From the sequence record MT446408.1: 64,000 nucleotides of DNA. One strand, 5' to 3'. A model generated the notes under the pieces. The model was not told the DNA's origin and searched no databases. It saw nothing but the letters and a program-made list of their open reading frames with translations. The DNA is from Escherichia virus TH35. Shown one piece after another: positions 54,132 to 62,038 of the stretch. Positions within the stretch are counted from its first letter, which is position 1; the number at the start of each line of letters is the position of its first letter. Made by a program: the position numbers and the translations under genes.

Positions 54132-54758
54132 ATGGTTAGCTTAAATCGTTTCTCGACTAGCGGCGACGTTATCGCAACTAAGACCGCCGACCTCGTTGCA
54201 TTTTATAATGCAAATTCCGGTTCGAAGCCGATTAAGAAATTTTCGGACCGCCGGACCGCCGAGGCTCGCGTAATAGCGTTAATCGAGTCCTTAAACGCGC
54301 TCGATGAGCCGTCCAACGAATCGCCCATCCCAGACGCGAAGTCGCGCGAGGAAGTGCCCAGCGATGTAAAAACGCATAAGGCGCGTGCGGTCGTTAAAAA
54401 GTCCGAGCCGACCCAGGAAGAACTCGACGCGATGACCGACGAAGAGTATGAAGCCTTCGTTAAGAGCGGTTTAAACGATAGTGCAAATTGCGTAGTGCAA
54501 AATGGAACTCCTTCCCATCGCCGTTCAAATAGCGAAGGTATTGCGAAAAGTTGGGATAACAAGGAAGTGGCGCAAAAGCGTCTCACGCGTAACGGCGTTA
54601 TGGTCGAGGGTGTAGGCGAGTTCAAATCGGTCCGCGTAGCGTTTGCTGCGCTGGGCTTACCGGATAGCAAGCACATTCGCTTCCGCATGAAGCTTAAAGA
54701 AGCTGGACGATTGAACTTTGAGTTCGGCAACAAGTCCTACACCTTCCAGATCATCTAA
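54132..54758 (+). CDS. hypothetical protein (208 aa)
   Basis: ORF with AGGAG RBS; hairpin at 54064-54081 upstream; contains first ATAGTGCAAAT copies. Confidence 0.5.
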   Translation: MVSLNRFSTSGDVIATKTADLVAFYNANSGSKPIKKFSDRRTAEARVIALIESLNALDEPSNESPIPDAKSREEVPSDVKTHKARAVVKKSEPTQEELDAMTDEEYEAFVKSGLNDSANCVVQNGTPSHRRSNSEGIAKSWDNKEVAQKRLTRNGVMVEGVGEFKSVRVAFAALGLPDSKHIRFRMKLKEAGRLNFEFGNKSYTFQII

Positions 54759-54808
54759 TCGAATGGCGGCCCTTCGGGGTCGCTTTTCATAGTGCAAATT
54801 GGTGGCTT

Positions 54809-55072
54809 ATGAATACGCTTATTCTTATCGCTACGTTGTCCATCGGAAGTGGTCGCACCTTATCCCTTTATGATCATAGTGCAAATTGCGCTTACCCAAC
54901 GCGCGTTGCGGTGATAGTTAATAGTGCAAATCGAATGCTATTCGAGACTTGTTGGCGGGTCGATAACGAGAAAGGTCGGGTAGTCTTAGGTTATAGTGCA
55001 AATCTGCTGGTGGAGTCGTTCGATTGGACGGTTGAAGGCCGTAAATTGTTACGGAAAGTGACTAAAAGATGA
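54809..55072 (+). CDS. doubtful ORF spanning three in-phase repeat copies
   Basis: 87-aa ORF whose HSANCA, NSANRM and YSANLL segments are each encoded by an ATAGTGCAAAT copy; may be non-coding. Confidence 0.3.
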   Translation: MNTLILIATLSIGSGRTLSLYDHSANCAYPTRVAVIVNSANRMLFETCWRVDNEKGRVVLGYSANLLVESFDWTVEGRKLLRKVTKR

Positions 55073-55133
55073 CTTATAATAATACACTTTCTAACGCGTT
55101 TATGGTTGTAACCTTCCCCGTCGTATTACCGAT

Positions 55134-55173
55134 GGCCCTAGAAGTGGAGAAAATGTGTTCTAGGGCCGTTTTA
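55134..55173 (+). terminator. rho-independent terminator for the forward unit
   Basis: GGCCCTAGA (55134-55142) / TCTAGGGCC (55159-55167) 9-bp stem followed by GTTTTA. Confidence 0.5.
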
Positions 55174-55186
55174 TAGTGCAAATTGG

Positions 55187-55675
55187 CTAGTGGCGGGAGA
55201 ATTGCTCACCTTCTTTGGCCGCCTCTCCAAAATCCTTGTAGAAATCGTCCATAGAACGGCCCATTTTACTATTGCCGTTTTCATCAATCATCGTGATGCC
55301 GTAGATGATATTCAGTTCACGAATAGCATTAAGCTTGGCTGATGCCGCGACTTCTGGATCACGCACAAGCTTGACCAAATTGTGAATTGCACCTTTTACG
55401 CTCCACAAATCCTTTAGCGGCATTTCTTCCATACGCTTTTTGAAGCGCATTTTGTAGTACGGATTGCGTTGTGCGCAAAGGATTCGCTGGCCAGTGTAGT
55501 TATCCGTTGCAACTTCCATTCCAAATACTAGTGCAAAAGCTGCGCGCATGTCATGGCCCTGAATAACAAGGTCAATGAACTCATCGAATAAGGCCTGATT
55601 GTGCTCTGCAAATCGCGGGTCTTCAAAGTCTTCAGGCATCGCTACATAGTCTTGACTCATAGTGCAAAATCCCAT
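55187..55675 (-). CDS. hypothetical protein (162 aa)
   Basis: ORF; start codon region itself formed by two ATAGTGCAAA copies (reverse strand ATGGGATTTTGCACTATG). Confidence 0.5.
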   Translation of the reverse strand: MGFCTMSQDYVAMPEDFEDPRFAEHNQALFDEFIDLVIQGHDMRAAFALVFGMEVATDNYTGQRILCAQRNPYYKMRFKKRMEEMPLKDLWSVKGAIHNLVKLVRDPEVAASAKLNAIRELNIIYGITMIDENGNSKMGRSMDDFYKDFGEAAKEGEQFSRH

Positions 55676-55889
55676 AGTGCAAATTAATAGTGTGAATTAT
55701 ACAATGGATGAACATTATATTCAAGTGCAGATTGATGTTCATTATGGCTATAAACGTACACAAATCATATTGCGGAATGAATAGCGGACCGTGGTGCGTG
55801 GTGTACTGTTTGATACGTATAAAAGAAATCCATCCCTTTCGCCGCTTGTTATGCAAATCAATGACTTAGCCGCTGCTGGCTGGTTTAAG

Positions 55890-56230
55890 CGTATCATGAC
55901 GTATCATCCGTATTGCCGCAAGTCTTTGTTTTTACTTATATCTTACGGATAATACGTATAAATATAAGTTTAGTATAAGTATGAGGATATGAAAAAAATT
56001 AATTTAAATGTTTTTAAAATGGAGTTTATTTATTTTTGGAGTTTTATATATAACGATGCCCAGTTTTATCCGTATCATCCGTAAGATTAATGTACAAGCC
56101 AGGCGCGGCAAGGGCTGTACACTGATACGGATAAAAAAACATGACGTATCATGACGTAAGGGTGTACCACTTTGGAAAAGAGGAATCCAGGAACGGTGCG
56201 GCCTGCAGCCATGATACGCTTAAATTTTAG
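55890..56230. repeat. second iteron-like region, related to 39660-39930
   Basis: GTATCATGACGTATCATCCGTAT 55891-55913; AT-rich core 55960-56060; TTTTATCCGTATCATCCGTAAGATT 56064-56088 shares 21-mer ATCCGTATCATCCGTAAGATT with 39864-39890; GATACGGAT 56124-56132. Confidence 0.6.
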
Positions 56231-56490
56231 CCGTATTTTAGGCGTATCAAATGTGTGCAAACAACACGTTTCACGACACTAAAATTTCAATCCATAGATA
56301 ATTCCTAACAAACACCACGGACCAATAGACACGATCTATGAAATATATTTCTAAATATTTCCGCACAATTAATAAATAAAACACAACCTCATAATTATTC
56401 CATCGCAAAACACGACCCAAACGACAAAAGGCCGCATAAAGCGACCCATTGCACACATTCCATTCTTCAAAACACACAAATCAATGTTCT

Positions 56491-57027
56491 TTATCCGCTG
56501 ACCTTCCAGTCACCATTCCTTTTATCACGCTTCTTTAACTCCGTTTTAATGACATTATTATCCACAATAACTCCTAAACGGCGCAATTCACACATGACCT
56601 TGTGGCGATATTGTCGAAGCTTTTTGACGTCCATTGTGCTCCTTGAATAAGATAGTACCATAAAAATAATATCATCATTCATTTTGTAACGCATACAAGT
56701 TTTATAATGCCTTTTGAAAATTGCATTTACGGCATCTGTTTTCAGCAATTCATCCATTAATTCTGGATTCCCTTCACAGACGTTAATGACCCATTCATCC
56801 CTTGATTTTGCCGCTTTCAATCCCCTTAGAGTTAATAACTCATATAATGCCTTTCTGCACTTAGAGCAATCACCAATTGTCAAACTTGATTCCATTTCTT
56901 GAGCATCGGTCAACTCTGTATTGCCTTTGTTGAATTTACCGCACAAGCTGATTTGCTCGCCGTTGTCAAAGTAGTGGGCAAGTTTTGAGTATCGCGGCTT
57001 GCCCCATCCTGCAACGTTACCCATCAC
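56491..57027 (-). CDS. hypothetical Cys-rich protein (178 aa)
   Basis: ORF with paired-Cys motifs CGKFNKG...CSKCRK. Confidence 0.5.
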   Translation of the reverse strand: MMGNVAGWGKPRYSKLAHYFDNGEQISLCGKFNKGNTELTDAQEMESSLTIGDCSKCRKALYELLTLRGLKAAKSRDEWVINVCEGNPELMDELLKTDAVNAIFKRHYKTCMRYKMNDDIIFMVLSYSRSTMDVKKLRQYRHKVMCELRRLGVIVDNNVIKTELKKRDKRNGDWKVSG

Positions 57028-57449
57028 CCCTCCTTAACGACCCGATAAGCAACAATCTTTGCACCAGTCGGGCTTGTGACTTTATCCCATGTCAAACTAT
57101 CCGAAGGAACGGCCTCTTTTGATTTATAACCGTTGAGTAATTCAAACTCAACCATCTTCCCAGGCACCGGATTCGCGCCACCAAACCACACGATCCACAT
57201 TTCCTCCTTCGGCGCATCATCATCCACGCCTATAGTAGCAACAACGTCATGCAACTGCTTAACAAGCGCTGACGCATCACGGACCTGTGAGCGTAATGCG
57301 ACCAACTCGCGTTGCGCTTCACTATATTTCGCTTCCAGCGCGGCATAGTCCTCATATGCAACAAAACGTCCTTCGTGACTTTCTGGAACAGGAGTGATGT
57401 CGAAATCTTCTGTCGCCACATCGTATGTCAGGTCATAACGTTGTATCAT
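57024..57449 (-). CDS. hypothetical protein with shared NPVPGK C-terminal domain (141 aa)
   Basis: C-terminus MWIVWFGGANPVPGKMVEF...AYRVVKEG paralogous to C-terminus of 58333-58842. Confidence 0.5.
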   Translation of the reverse strand: MIQRYDLTYDVATEDFDITPVPESHEGRFVAYEDYAALEAKYSEAQRELVALRSQVRDASALVKQLHDVVATIGVDDDAPKEEMWIVWFGGANPVPGKMVEFELLNGYKSKEAVPSDSLTWDKVTSPTGAKIVAYRVVKEG

Positions 57450-57666
57450 TTAACTTCTCCAAAATTTCAATAGCGATTTGCGTTTTCTTCTCAAGAGCTA
57501 GACGCAGCATATCAATTTGCAAGTCACGATGGGCCAGTTCAGCGGCAATGTCCGACTTGCTGTAAAGACCTTCATGCGTCATGGCATAGATGTGGCGCGT
57601 ATAATAGCCGCCCTCGTCGAGTTGCTCGATGTCACGCTGCCCGACTGCGTATTGTTTATCGGTCAT
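57433..57666 (-). CDS. hypothetical protein (77 aa)
   Basis: ORF in tightly packed early-type operon. Confidence 0.45.
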   Translation of the reverse strand: MTDKQYAVGQRDIEQLDEGGYYTRHIYAMTHEGLYSKSDIAAELAHRDLQIDMLRLALEKKTQIAIEILEKLNDTTL

Positions 57667-57995
57667 GATGCATCCTTAGTTGGATAGAATTTAGGGTTGT
57701 TCTTATAGAACGCCTTGAGCCATGCCTTTGCTTCAGCAATGCTGCTGAACTCTTCTTTGGAGAGTCCGGTGCGGTCCTCACCTGCGACCTTGAAATGGAT
57801 GCGCACCTTGAGCCGAAGGTTGGTTGCTCTCGCGTAGTGGCCTTCATAGCCGTCATGATTAAGACTTACTATCGCGGCGAGCATCTCGCAGTCTTCTTTA
57901 TCGGGATTGCCGCTGTAACAAATCGGCCAGCCACGACGTTGGAATGACCTGTATTGGCCTGTCGGCTCAGGGTCCACATACCATTTCAATTTCAT
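57663..57995 (-). CDS. hypothetical protein (110 aa)
   Basis: ORF, ATGA-coupled. Confidence 0.45.
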   Translation of the reverse strand: MKLKWYVDPEPTGQYRSFQRRGWPICYSGNPDKEDCEMLAAIVSLNHDGYEGHYARATNLRLKVRIHFKVAGEDRTGLSKEEFSSIAEAKAWLKAFYKNNPKFYPTKDAS

Positions 57996-58333
57996 TCAAC
58001 CTTCTCCAATTGGAATCTTGTTTCTGGAAAACCTGCGACAAACATGTCACGGCCCTCGACATCACGCTTCACAAACCAACGCATTCCGCTGACTACCGTG
58101 AAGACAATTTGCCTTCCATCAATAATAAGTCCTTTTGCCTCATAAAGCAAATAGGTTTGACCGACCTTGAAGCTTGAAAGCTCTTTGCTTGCGCTGGTGC
58201 ACTTGAGCCGCCACTGGGTGAGATTGGATTCGCTTGCCTCGATGTCAACAACCTTACCGCGCAGCGGCGATGTGCGCTGAAGCTCTTGCATCTGCTCGTC
58301 GAAAGTTAGCTCACGACCTTCTTGCTCTTCCAT
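57992..58333 (-). CDS. hypothetical protein (113 aa)
   Basis: ORF, ATGA-coupled. Confidence 0.45.
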   Translation of the reverse strand: MEEQEGRELTFDEQMQELQRTSPLRGKVVDIEASESNLTQWRLKCTSASKELSSFKVGQTYLLYEAKGLIIDGRQIVFTVVSGMRWFVKRDVEGRDMFVAGFPETRFQLEKVE

Positions 58334-58842
58334 TATTCCTCCACGACTTTGTATTTGATGACATCGCCGTCGCGGTGGCGCTCAATCTTCTCCCAGCGCA
58401 ATTCATTTGATGCAATCGGCTTTGTCGCTGTAGCACCGTCGCGCAGCATGTAAAGCACCTTCTTTCCTGGTACTGGATTCAAGTCGCCGCCGTCCCAATC
58501 AATCCAGCCGTCATCTGTCGTTGACTTCTCCTTTAAGTGGTCGTACTTCTCACCGATGTGGGCGATTGGCTGGTTGCTTTTGTAAAAGAATCCAAGTGCA
58601 ACGTCGTAGCACGGGTGACTATGAGAAAGGCAAATGTCATCACACCAAAGCTCCATGGTGCGCGACTTAAGAGTCATCATATTAGTATACCACTCGATGG
58701 TGTAGTGGTCATTAAGGTTGCCGACAATATAGAAGTTGCGACAAAAGTGCGCGGCATCATCCGACTTCTCGCGGCTATAGCTTCTGATTGCGCCTGCCTT
58801 TACAGCCATTTCCAATACTGCTTCGAGTTGTTCGATTTTCAT
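58333..58842 (-). CDS. hypothetical protein with shared NPVPGK C-terminal domain (169 aa)
   Basis: C-terminus GWIDWDGGDLNPVPGKKVLY...KYKVVEE. Confidence 0.5.
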   Translation of the reverse strand: MKIEQLEAVLEMAVKAGAIRSYSREKSDDAAHFCRNFYIVGNLNDHYTIEWYTNMMTLKSRTMELWCDDICLSHSHPCYDVALGFFYKSNQPIAHIGEKYDHLKEKSTTDDGWIDWDGGDLNPVPGKKVLYMLRDGATATKPIASNELRWEKIERHRDGDVIKYKVVEE

Positions 58843-59006
58843 TGTTGTCTTCTCCTATTTATTTGATGGATGTTGTGTAAGAATATACCTTCTTGCGACG
58901 CTTTGCCTTGTAAAGACAACGGTCGCCGCTGCGGTTGTAGATGTTAAGCCAGGTACGCTTGCTAATCTTGTACGGCACATGCGGCTTTATGAATAGTAAA
59001 CGGGCT

Positions 59007-59303
59007 TTAAGGTTGGATGTCATAATAGTATTTTCCTTCTCTCATATTCTTTTTAATTCCTTGTAATGCCTCGCGCCCCTTCTTTGTCATCACCACAAAT
59101 GAATATAGTCTTGGGTCTTTTTCTCCTTGAACCGCCCAATCAACAAGCCCAAGGCGAAACAAAACAGGGATTGATGGTGCATTGACGTCATAAAACGGCG
59201 ATGGGCGCTTCTCATGAGCCTTCTTGCAATCGCCACGCAACATATATCGCGTCCCGTCTTCCATACGGTATAATGTTTGGACTTGTGCTAAACTTAGTTT
59301 CAT
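59007..59303 (-). CDS. hypothetical protein (98 aa)
   Basis: start set at ATG 59303 (ATGA overlap with upstream stop); track start 59318. Confidence 0.45.
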   Translation of the reverse strand: MKLSLAQVQTLYRMEDGTRYMLRGDCKKAHEKRPSPFYDVNAPSIPVLFRLGLVDWAVQGEKDPRLYSFVVMTKKGREALQGIKKNMREGKYYYDIQP

Positions 59304-59485
59304 TGCTGTCTTCTCCAAACTGCATGTAATGTTTTCTGGTCAAACTTGGACAGCGTTTCACGCTCCGAAGCCTTAAGGAAGCGCGTGCCAAAGAACAGCA
59401 TGCCTTGCGGCGTTTTAACGAGAGACACGCCTTTGTTACGGTAAAAGCTTACCATTGCTGAAGCGTTATGGACTTCGGTACTCAT
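59300..59485 (-). CDS. hypothetical protein (61 aa)
   Basis: ORF, ATGA-coupled. Confidence 0.4.
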   Translation of the reverse strand: MSTEVHNASAMVSFYRNKGVSLVKTPQGMLFFGTRFLKASERETLSKFDQKTLHAVWRRQQ

Positions 59486-59787
59486 AAATTCCCTCCAAAC
59501 GTTGCAACACGGATGGCGCGACGCTCAAATGCCAACATAGGATTAAGGCCGTCGGCACAAGTGATGAATGCATCATCAGCGACAAGGTCGTAACCGCCGA
59601 CGCAAAGAATAAATGTATCATCACTATTCTTTAATAGCATGATTGCCGCTACACCGTCCTTTTTATTCTTAAAGAAGAATACTGGCTCACCGCCTTCTTG
59701 AGTCTCCTTGAACTCTTTAATGGCACCACAGTTCACGGCTTCTTGCAAAGTGTTCAAAATCTTTTTCTTCATTGCTTCGGTACTCAT
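59482..59787 (-). CDS. hypothetical protein (101 aa)
   Basis: ORF, ATGA-coupled. Confidence 0.45.
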   Translation of the reverse strand: MSTEAMKKKILNTLQEAVNCGAIKEFKETQEGGEPVFFFKNKKDGVAAIMLLKNSDDTFILCVGGYDLVADDAFITCADGLNPMLAFERRAIRVATFGGNL

Positions 59788-60086
59788 AGCTCACCCTCTT
59801 TAAAAACAAATCCGCTGATAACAGATTGATAGTAGTTCACGCCGCGCACCTCTACAACCTTGCACCGATGAGCCTGACCCTTGTATTCTATCCACCAGAC
59901 TTCCATGTCAGGCAAGTTGTTGCGACGCGTCAACCAGCCGTGAAACAGCTTGTATGTTTCGCCGACCTTAAAAGGTTTCAGCGTACCGTAAGAATCAACC
60001 TTGAATGCGCAGACAACATCTTTGCTGTCTTTGTGTACAGCGTCATGAAATAATCCGCTTCTGCCAAACCTTTCGTCGTAACTCAT
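59784..60086 (-). CDS. hypothetical protein (100 aa)
   Basis: start set at ATG 60086 (MSYDERF...) 8 nt after AAGGAG; track start 60146. Confidence 0.45.
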   Translation of the reverse strand: MSYDERFGRSGLFHDAVHKDSKDVVCAFKVDSYGTLKPFKVGETYKLFHGWLTRRNNLPDMEVWWIEYKGQAHRCKVVEVRGVNYYQSVISGFVFKEGEL

Positions 60087-60133
60087 AATCATTTCTCCTT
60101 TGCTTGATGAACTAAGTATAATGCAGGCAAATA

Positions 60134-60163
60134 AAAAGGCAAGCATTTAGCTCACCTTTTTGA
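60134..60163 (-). terminator. rho-independent terminator (reverse strand), copy 1 of a duplicated element
   Basis: reverse transcript AGGUGAGC-UAAAU-GCUUGCCU (two G-U pairs) followed by UUUUU; identical 30-mer at 61663-61692. Confidence 0.5.
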
Positions 60164-60164
60164 A

Positions 60165-60425
60165 TTAAATATTCTTCGCCTCTTCGTGAAGGCCGACCGA
60201 CCTTAGTTTGCGCCGCAAGTAAGCTTTCTTTTCGCTCTCCCGCCCTTTCGGAGTAACGCGCCAGCGTAATGTGTTCTCCAGATTCTTGCGTCGGTTGTGC
60301 TCGTCGAGTAGCTCTACCAGTGCCTTTGCGTCGTCGAGTGTTAACACCACGGGCCGCGACCCATTAACGGCTTGTCGAAGCTTCCGCGCGGCAACGGCTA
60401 ACTTAGTCATCGGACCCTTGTTCAC
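60165..60425 (-). CDS. hypothetical basic protein (86 aa)
   Basis: ORF, ATGA-coupled. Confidence 0.45.
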   Translation of the reverse strand: MNKGPMTKLAVAARKLRQAVNGSRPVVLTLDDAKALVELLDEHNRRKNLENTLRWRVTPKGRESEKKAYLRRKLRSVGLHEEAKNI

Positions 60426-60805
60426 GGCAACTCCTTATTCATCGGTGTGATAGACAACACCTTCACTTCAGTGATGTCACGGTTGTATTCGCGCTTGATT
60501 TGTAGAATCTGAGATTGGATGCGCGCAATAAAGTGCGGCGTGATTCCTTCCTTAACGTTAATCCAAGCCGCAAGCTGAATTGAGTCGATGTCGCTTCTCA
60601 ATGTTGTTGGACAGTAAATCGTACTTGGTGCGCCGTAAGAACGTTGCACTTCATAAGCAGAAGCTTTGAATGACACCAAGAACATTCTTTCTTCAAGTTG
60701 GCTTTCGCTATTAGGATTCTTATCACAGTTAGTCATGTGCTGCACAAACTCTTCGTGTGGAAGGTGCATCACATCGTGGCAGTAAGGGCAACGCTTCATT
60801 CTCAT
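60422..60805 (-). CDS. putative zinc-finger protein, tandem paralog 1 (127 aa)
   Basis: N-terminus MKRCPYCHDVMHLPHEEFVQHMTNCDKNP (C-x2-C...H...C). Confidence 0.5.
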   Translation of the reverse strand: MRMKRCPYCHDVMHLPHEEFVQHMTNCDKNPNSESQLEERMFLVSFKASAYEVQRSYGAPSTIYCPTTLRSDIDSIQLAAWINVKEGITPHFIARIQSQILQIKREYNRDITEVKVLSITPMNKELP

Positions 60806-60806
60806 T

Positions 60807-61091
60807 TCACACCTCGTGCAAGAAAGATAAAGATTTAATGCAGACTATTTCTTTGCCAGACACTTCCTTGATTGTATCCAGCAGGCTTTCATACGCCTTT
60901 TTGGTGATCACCATTTCTTTCGTAGTGACGATGCCTGTTGCGCCTGAGCCGTCTTCTGCTTCCGCATGATAATGATAATAGTAACGTGTCGAGTTTTCAG
61001 GATTAGCATCACAAACGTTAACGTGATGTAAATATTCTTCAGCAGTAAGCCGCATCGTGGACAAGCAATGGGGACATCTTTGCATCTTCAT
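60807..61091 (-). CDS. putative zinc-finger protein, tandem paralog 2 (94 aa)
   Basis: N-terminus MQRCPHCLSTMRLTAEEYLHHVNVCDANP, same pattern as 60422-60805. Confidence 0.5.
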   Translation of the reverse strand: MKMQRCPHCLSTMRLTAEEYLHHVNVCDANPENSTRYYYHYHAEAEDGSGATGIVTTKEMVITKKAYESLLDTIKEVSGKEIVCIKSLSFLHEV

Positions 61092-61306
61092 TTTGCATAC
61101 TCCATAGCATATTGCTGCAGCTTGAATGCAGCATGTTGTAATTGTTTACGACGCTCATTCAATTCTTTCCATTCTTCTTCAGGACAATTTAGAGAGTATG
61201 CCTTGTTTGCAATCTTGATTAGTGATAAATGCGTTTGTTGAAAGCGCGATACCATGCGCAACTCATTACGCTTATTGAATGGCAACTTACCCAGCGCGGC
61301 GTTCAT
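61088..61306 (-). CDS. hypothetical protein (72 aa)
   Basis: start set at ATG 61306 (GAGGTG RBS, ATGA overlap); track start 61324. Confidence 0.45.
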   Translation of the reverse strand: MNAALGKLPFNKRNELRMVSRFQQTHLSLIKIANKAYSLNCPEEEWKELNERRKQLQHAAFKLQQYAMEYAK

Positions 61307-61620
61307 AATTGCACCTCGACACACGATTCACTAGCCTCGAAGCTCCAGCCTTCCAGACCGACTTCGCCGCAGTAACGCGCCATTGCACGCTCGTCCAAAA
61401 ACCAACCGTGATATTGCTCTATATACTTTGGTTTTTCCGAATAACAGTGAATGACTCCGTCGTCATCAATGGCCACGTAACGCGTGCCAGGAGCGACTGG
61501 GACAACAACGTCTGGGTGGGCGATTGGCCAAGGCTTGATGTGTACAGCTGTGTCCAACTTAACGTTTGGCACCCTTGAAAGGTCTTTGTAAGCACCCTCG
61601 TCCATTCCTAAGTAAATCAT
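61303..61620 (-). CDS. hypothetical protein (105 aa)
   Basis: ORF. Confidence 0.45.
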   Translation of the reverse strand: MIYLGMDEGAYKDLSRVPNVKLDTAVHIKPWPIAHPDVVVPVAPGTRYVAIDDDGVIHCYSEKPKYIEQYHGWFLDERAMARYCGEVGLEGWSFEASESCVEVQL

Positions 61621-61662
61621 GATTCACCTCACTTGTTAGTCTTGATGAAAAGAGTATAAGTA

Positions 61663-61692
61663 TTGATAAAAGAAAAGGCAAGCATTTAGCTC
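61663..61692 (-). terminator. rho-independent terminator (reverse strand), copy 2
   Basis: same 30-mer AAAAGGCAAGCATTTAGCTCACCTTTTTGA as 60134-60163. Confidence 0.5.
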
Positions 61693-61705
61693 ACCTTTTT
61701 GATAT

Positions 61706-62038
61706 TCATTTTACATAGTGGAGTAGGTCAATCTCTATCTGGTCACGCGTCCTTGTTATCTTTGTATCACCCGTCCGGTGAGAGAATCGATAGATGGTCA
61801 ACTCTCCGTCATTTCCTCTATCGAACTTCATGCTGGCTAGTCGACAAGCATATATTGCATTAAGCTTTTCGCCATAAGACAGAAGATTAAAAGTCAATAC
61901 TGTGTTGCCCATTCTTGCATTTTCTTTTATGCACTTCTTTAAGAAGTAATAAGAATCAGCAAAAGCATTGGCCTTCTTCCACACTTCTTTTATTAATCCA
62001 CGCTCATGCGCGACGAGTATCTGATCACGGGTCATCAC
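61706..62038 (-). CDS. hypothetical protein (110 aa)
   Basis: ORF. Confidence 0.45.
   Translation of the reverse strand: MMTRDQILVAHERGLIKEVWKKANAFADSYYFLKKCIKENARMGNTVLTFNLLSYGEKLNAIYACRLASMKFDRGNDGELTIYRFSHRTGDTKITRTRDQIEIDLLHYVK

Larger units (their letters stand above)
54478..55700. repeat. oriented array of at least 9 copies of ATAGTGCAAAT(T/C)
   Basis: copies at 54478, 54492, 54789, 54876, 54921, 54993, 55173, 55660, 55673 (approximate starts), all in the same orientation. Confidence 0.7.

Noticed and set aside
54225-54240. tRNA-like T-loop sequence GGTTCGAAGCC
   Set aside because: No matching acceptor or anticodon stems could be drawn around it and it lies inside a coding ORF; no tRNA called anywhere in the window, though a tRNA scan was not run and should be.
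54478-55700. Possible CRISPR array (regular short repeats)
   Set aside because: Repeat unit is only ~11 bp, spacing is irregular (14 to 300 bp), copies overlap coding regions and there is no leader or cas gene; not CRISPR-like.
56271-56477. 68-aa reverse ORF in the G-depleted tract
   Set aside because: Translation is hydrophobic low-complexity caused by strand composition; no RBS; treated as non-coding.
58843-59006. Possible ~40-aa ORF in the gap between 58333-58842 and 59007-59303
   Set aside because: Two competing short frames, neither with a convincing RBS or start codon; left unannotated.
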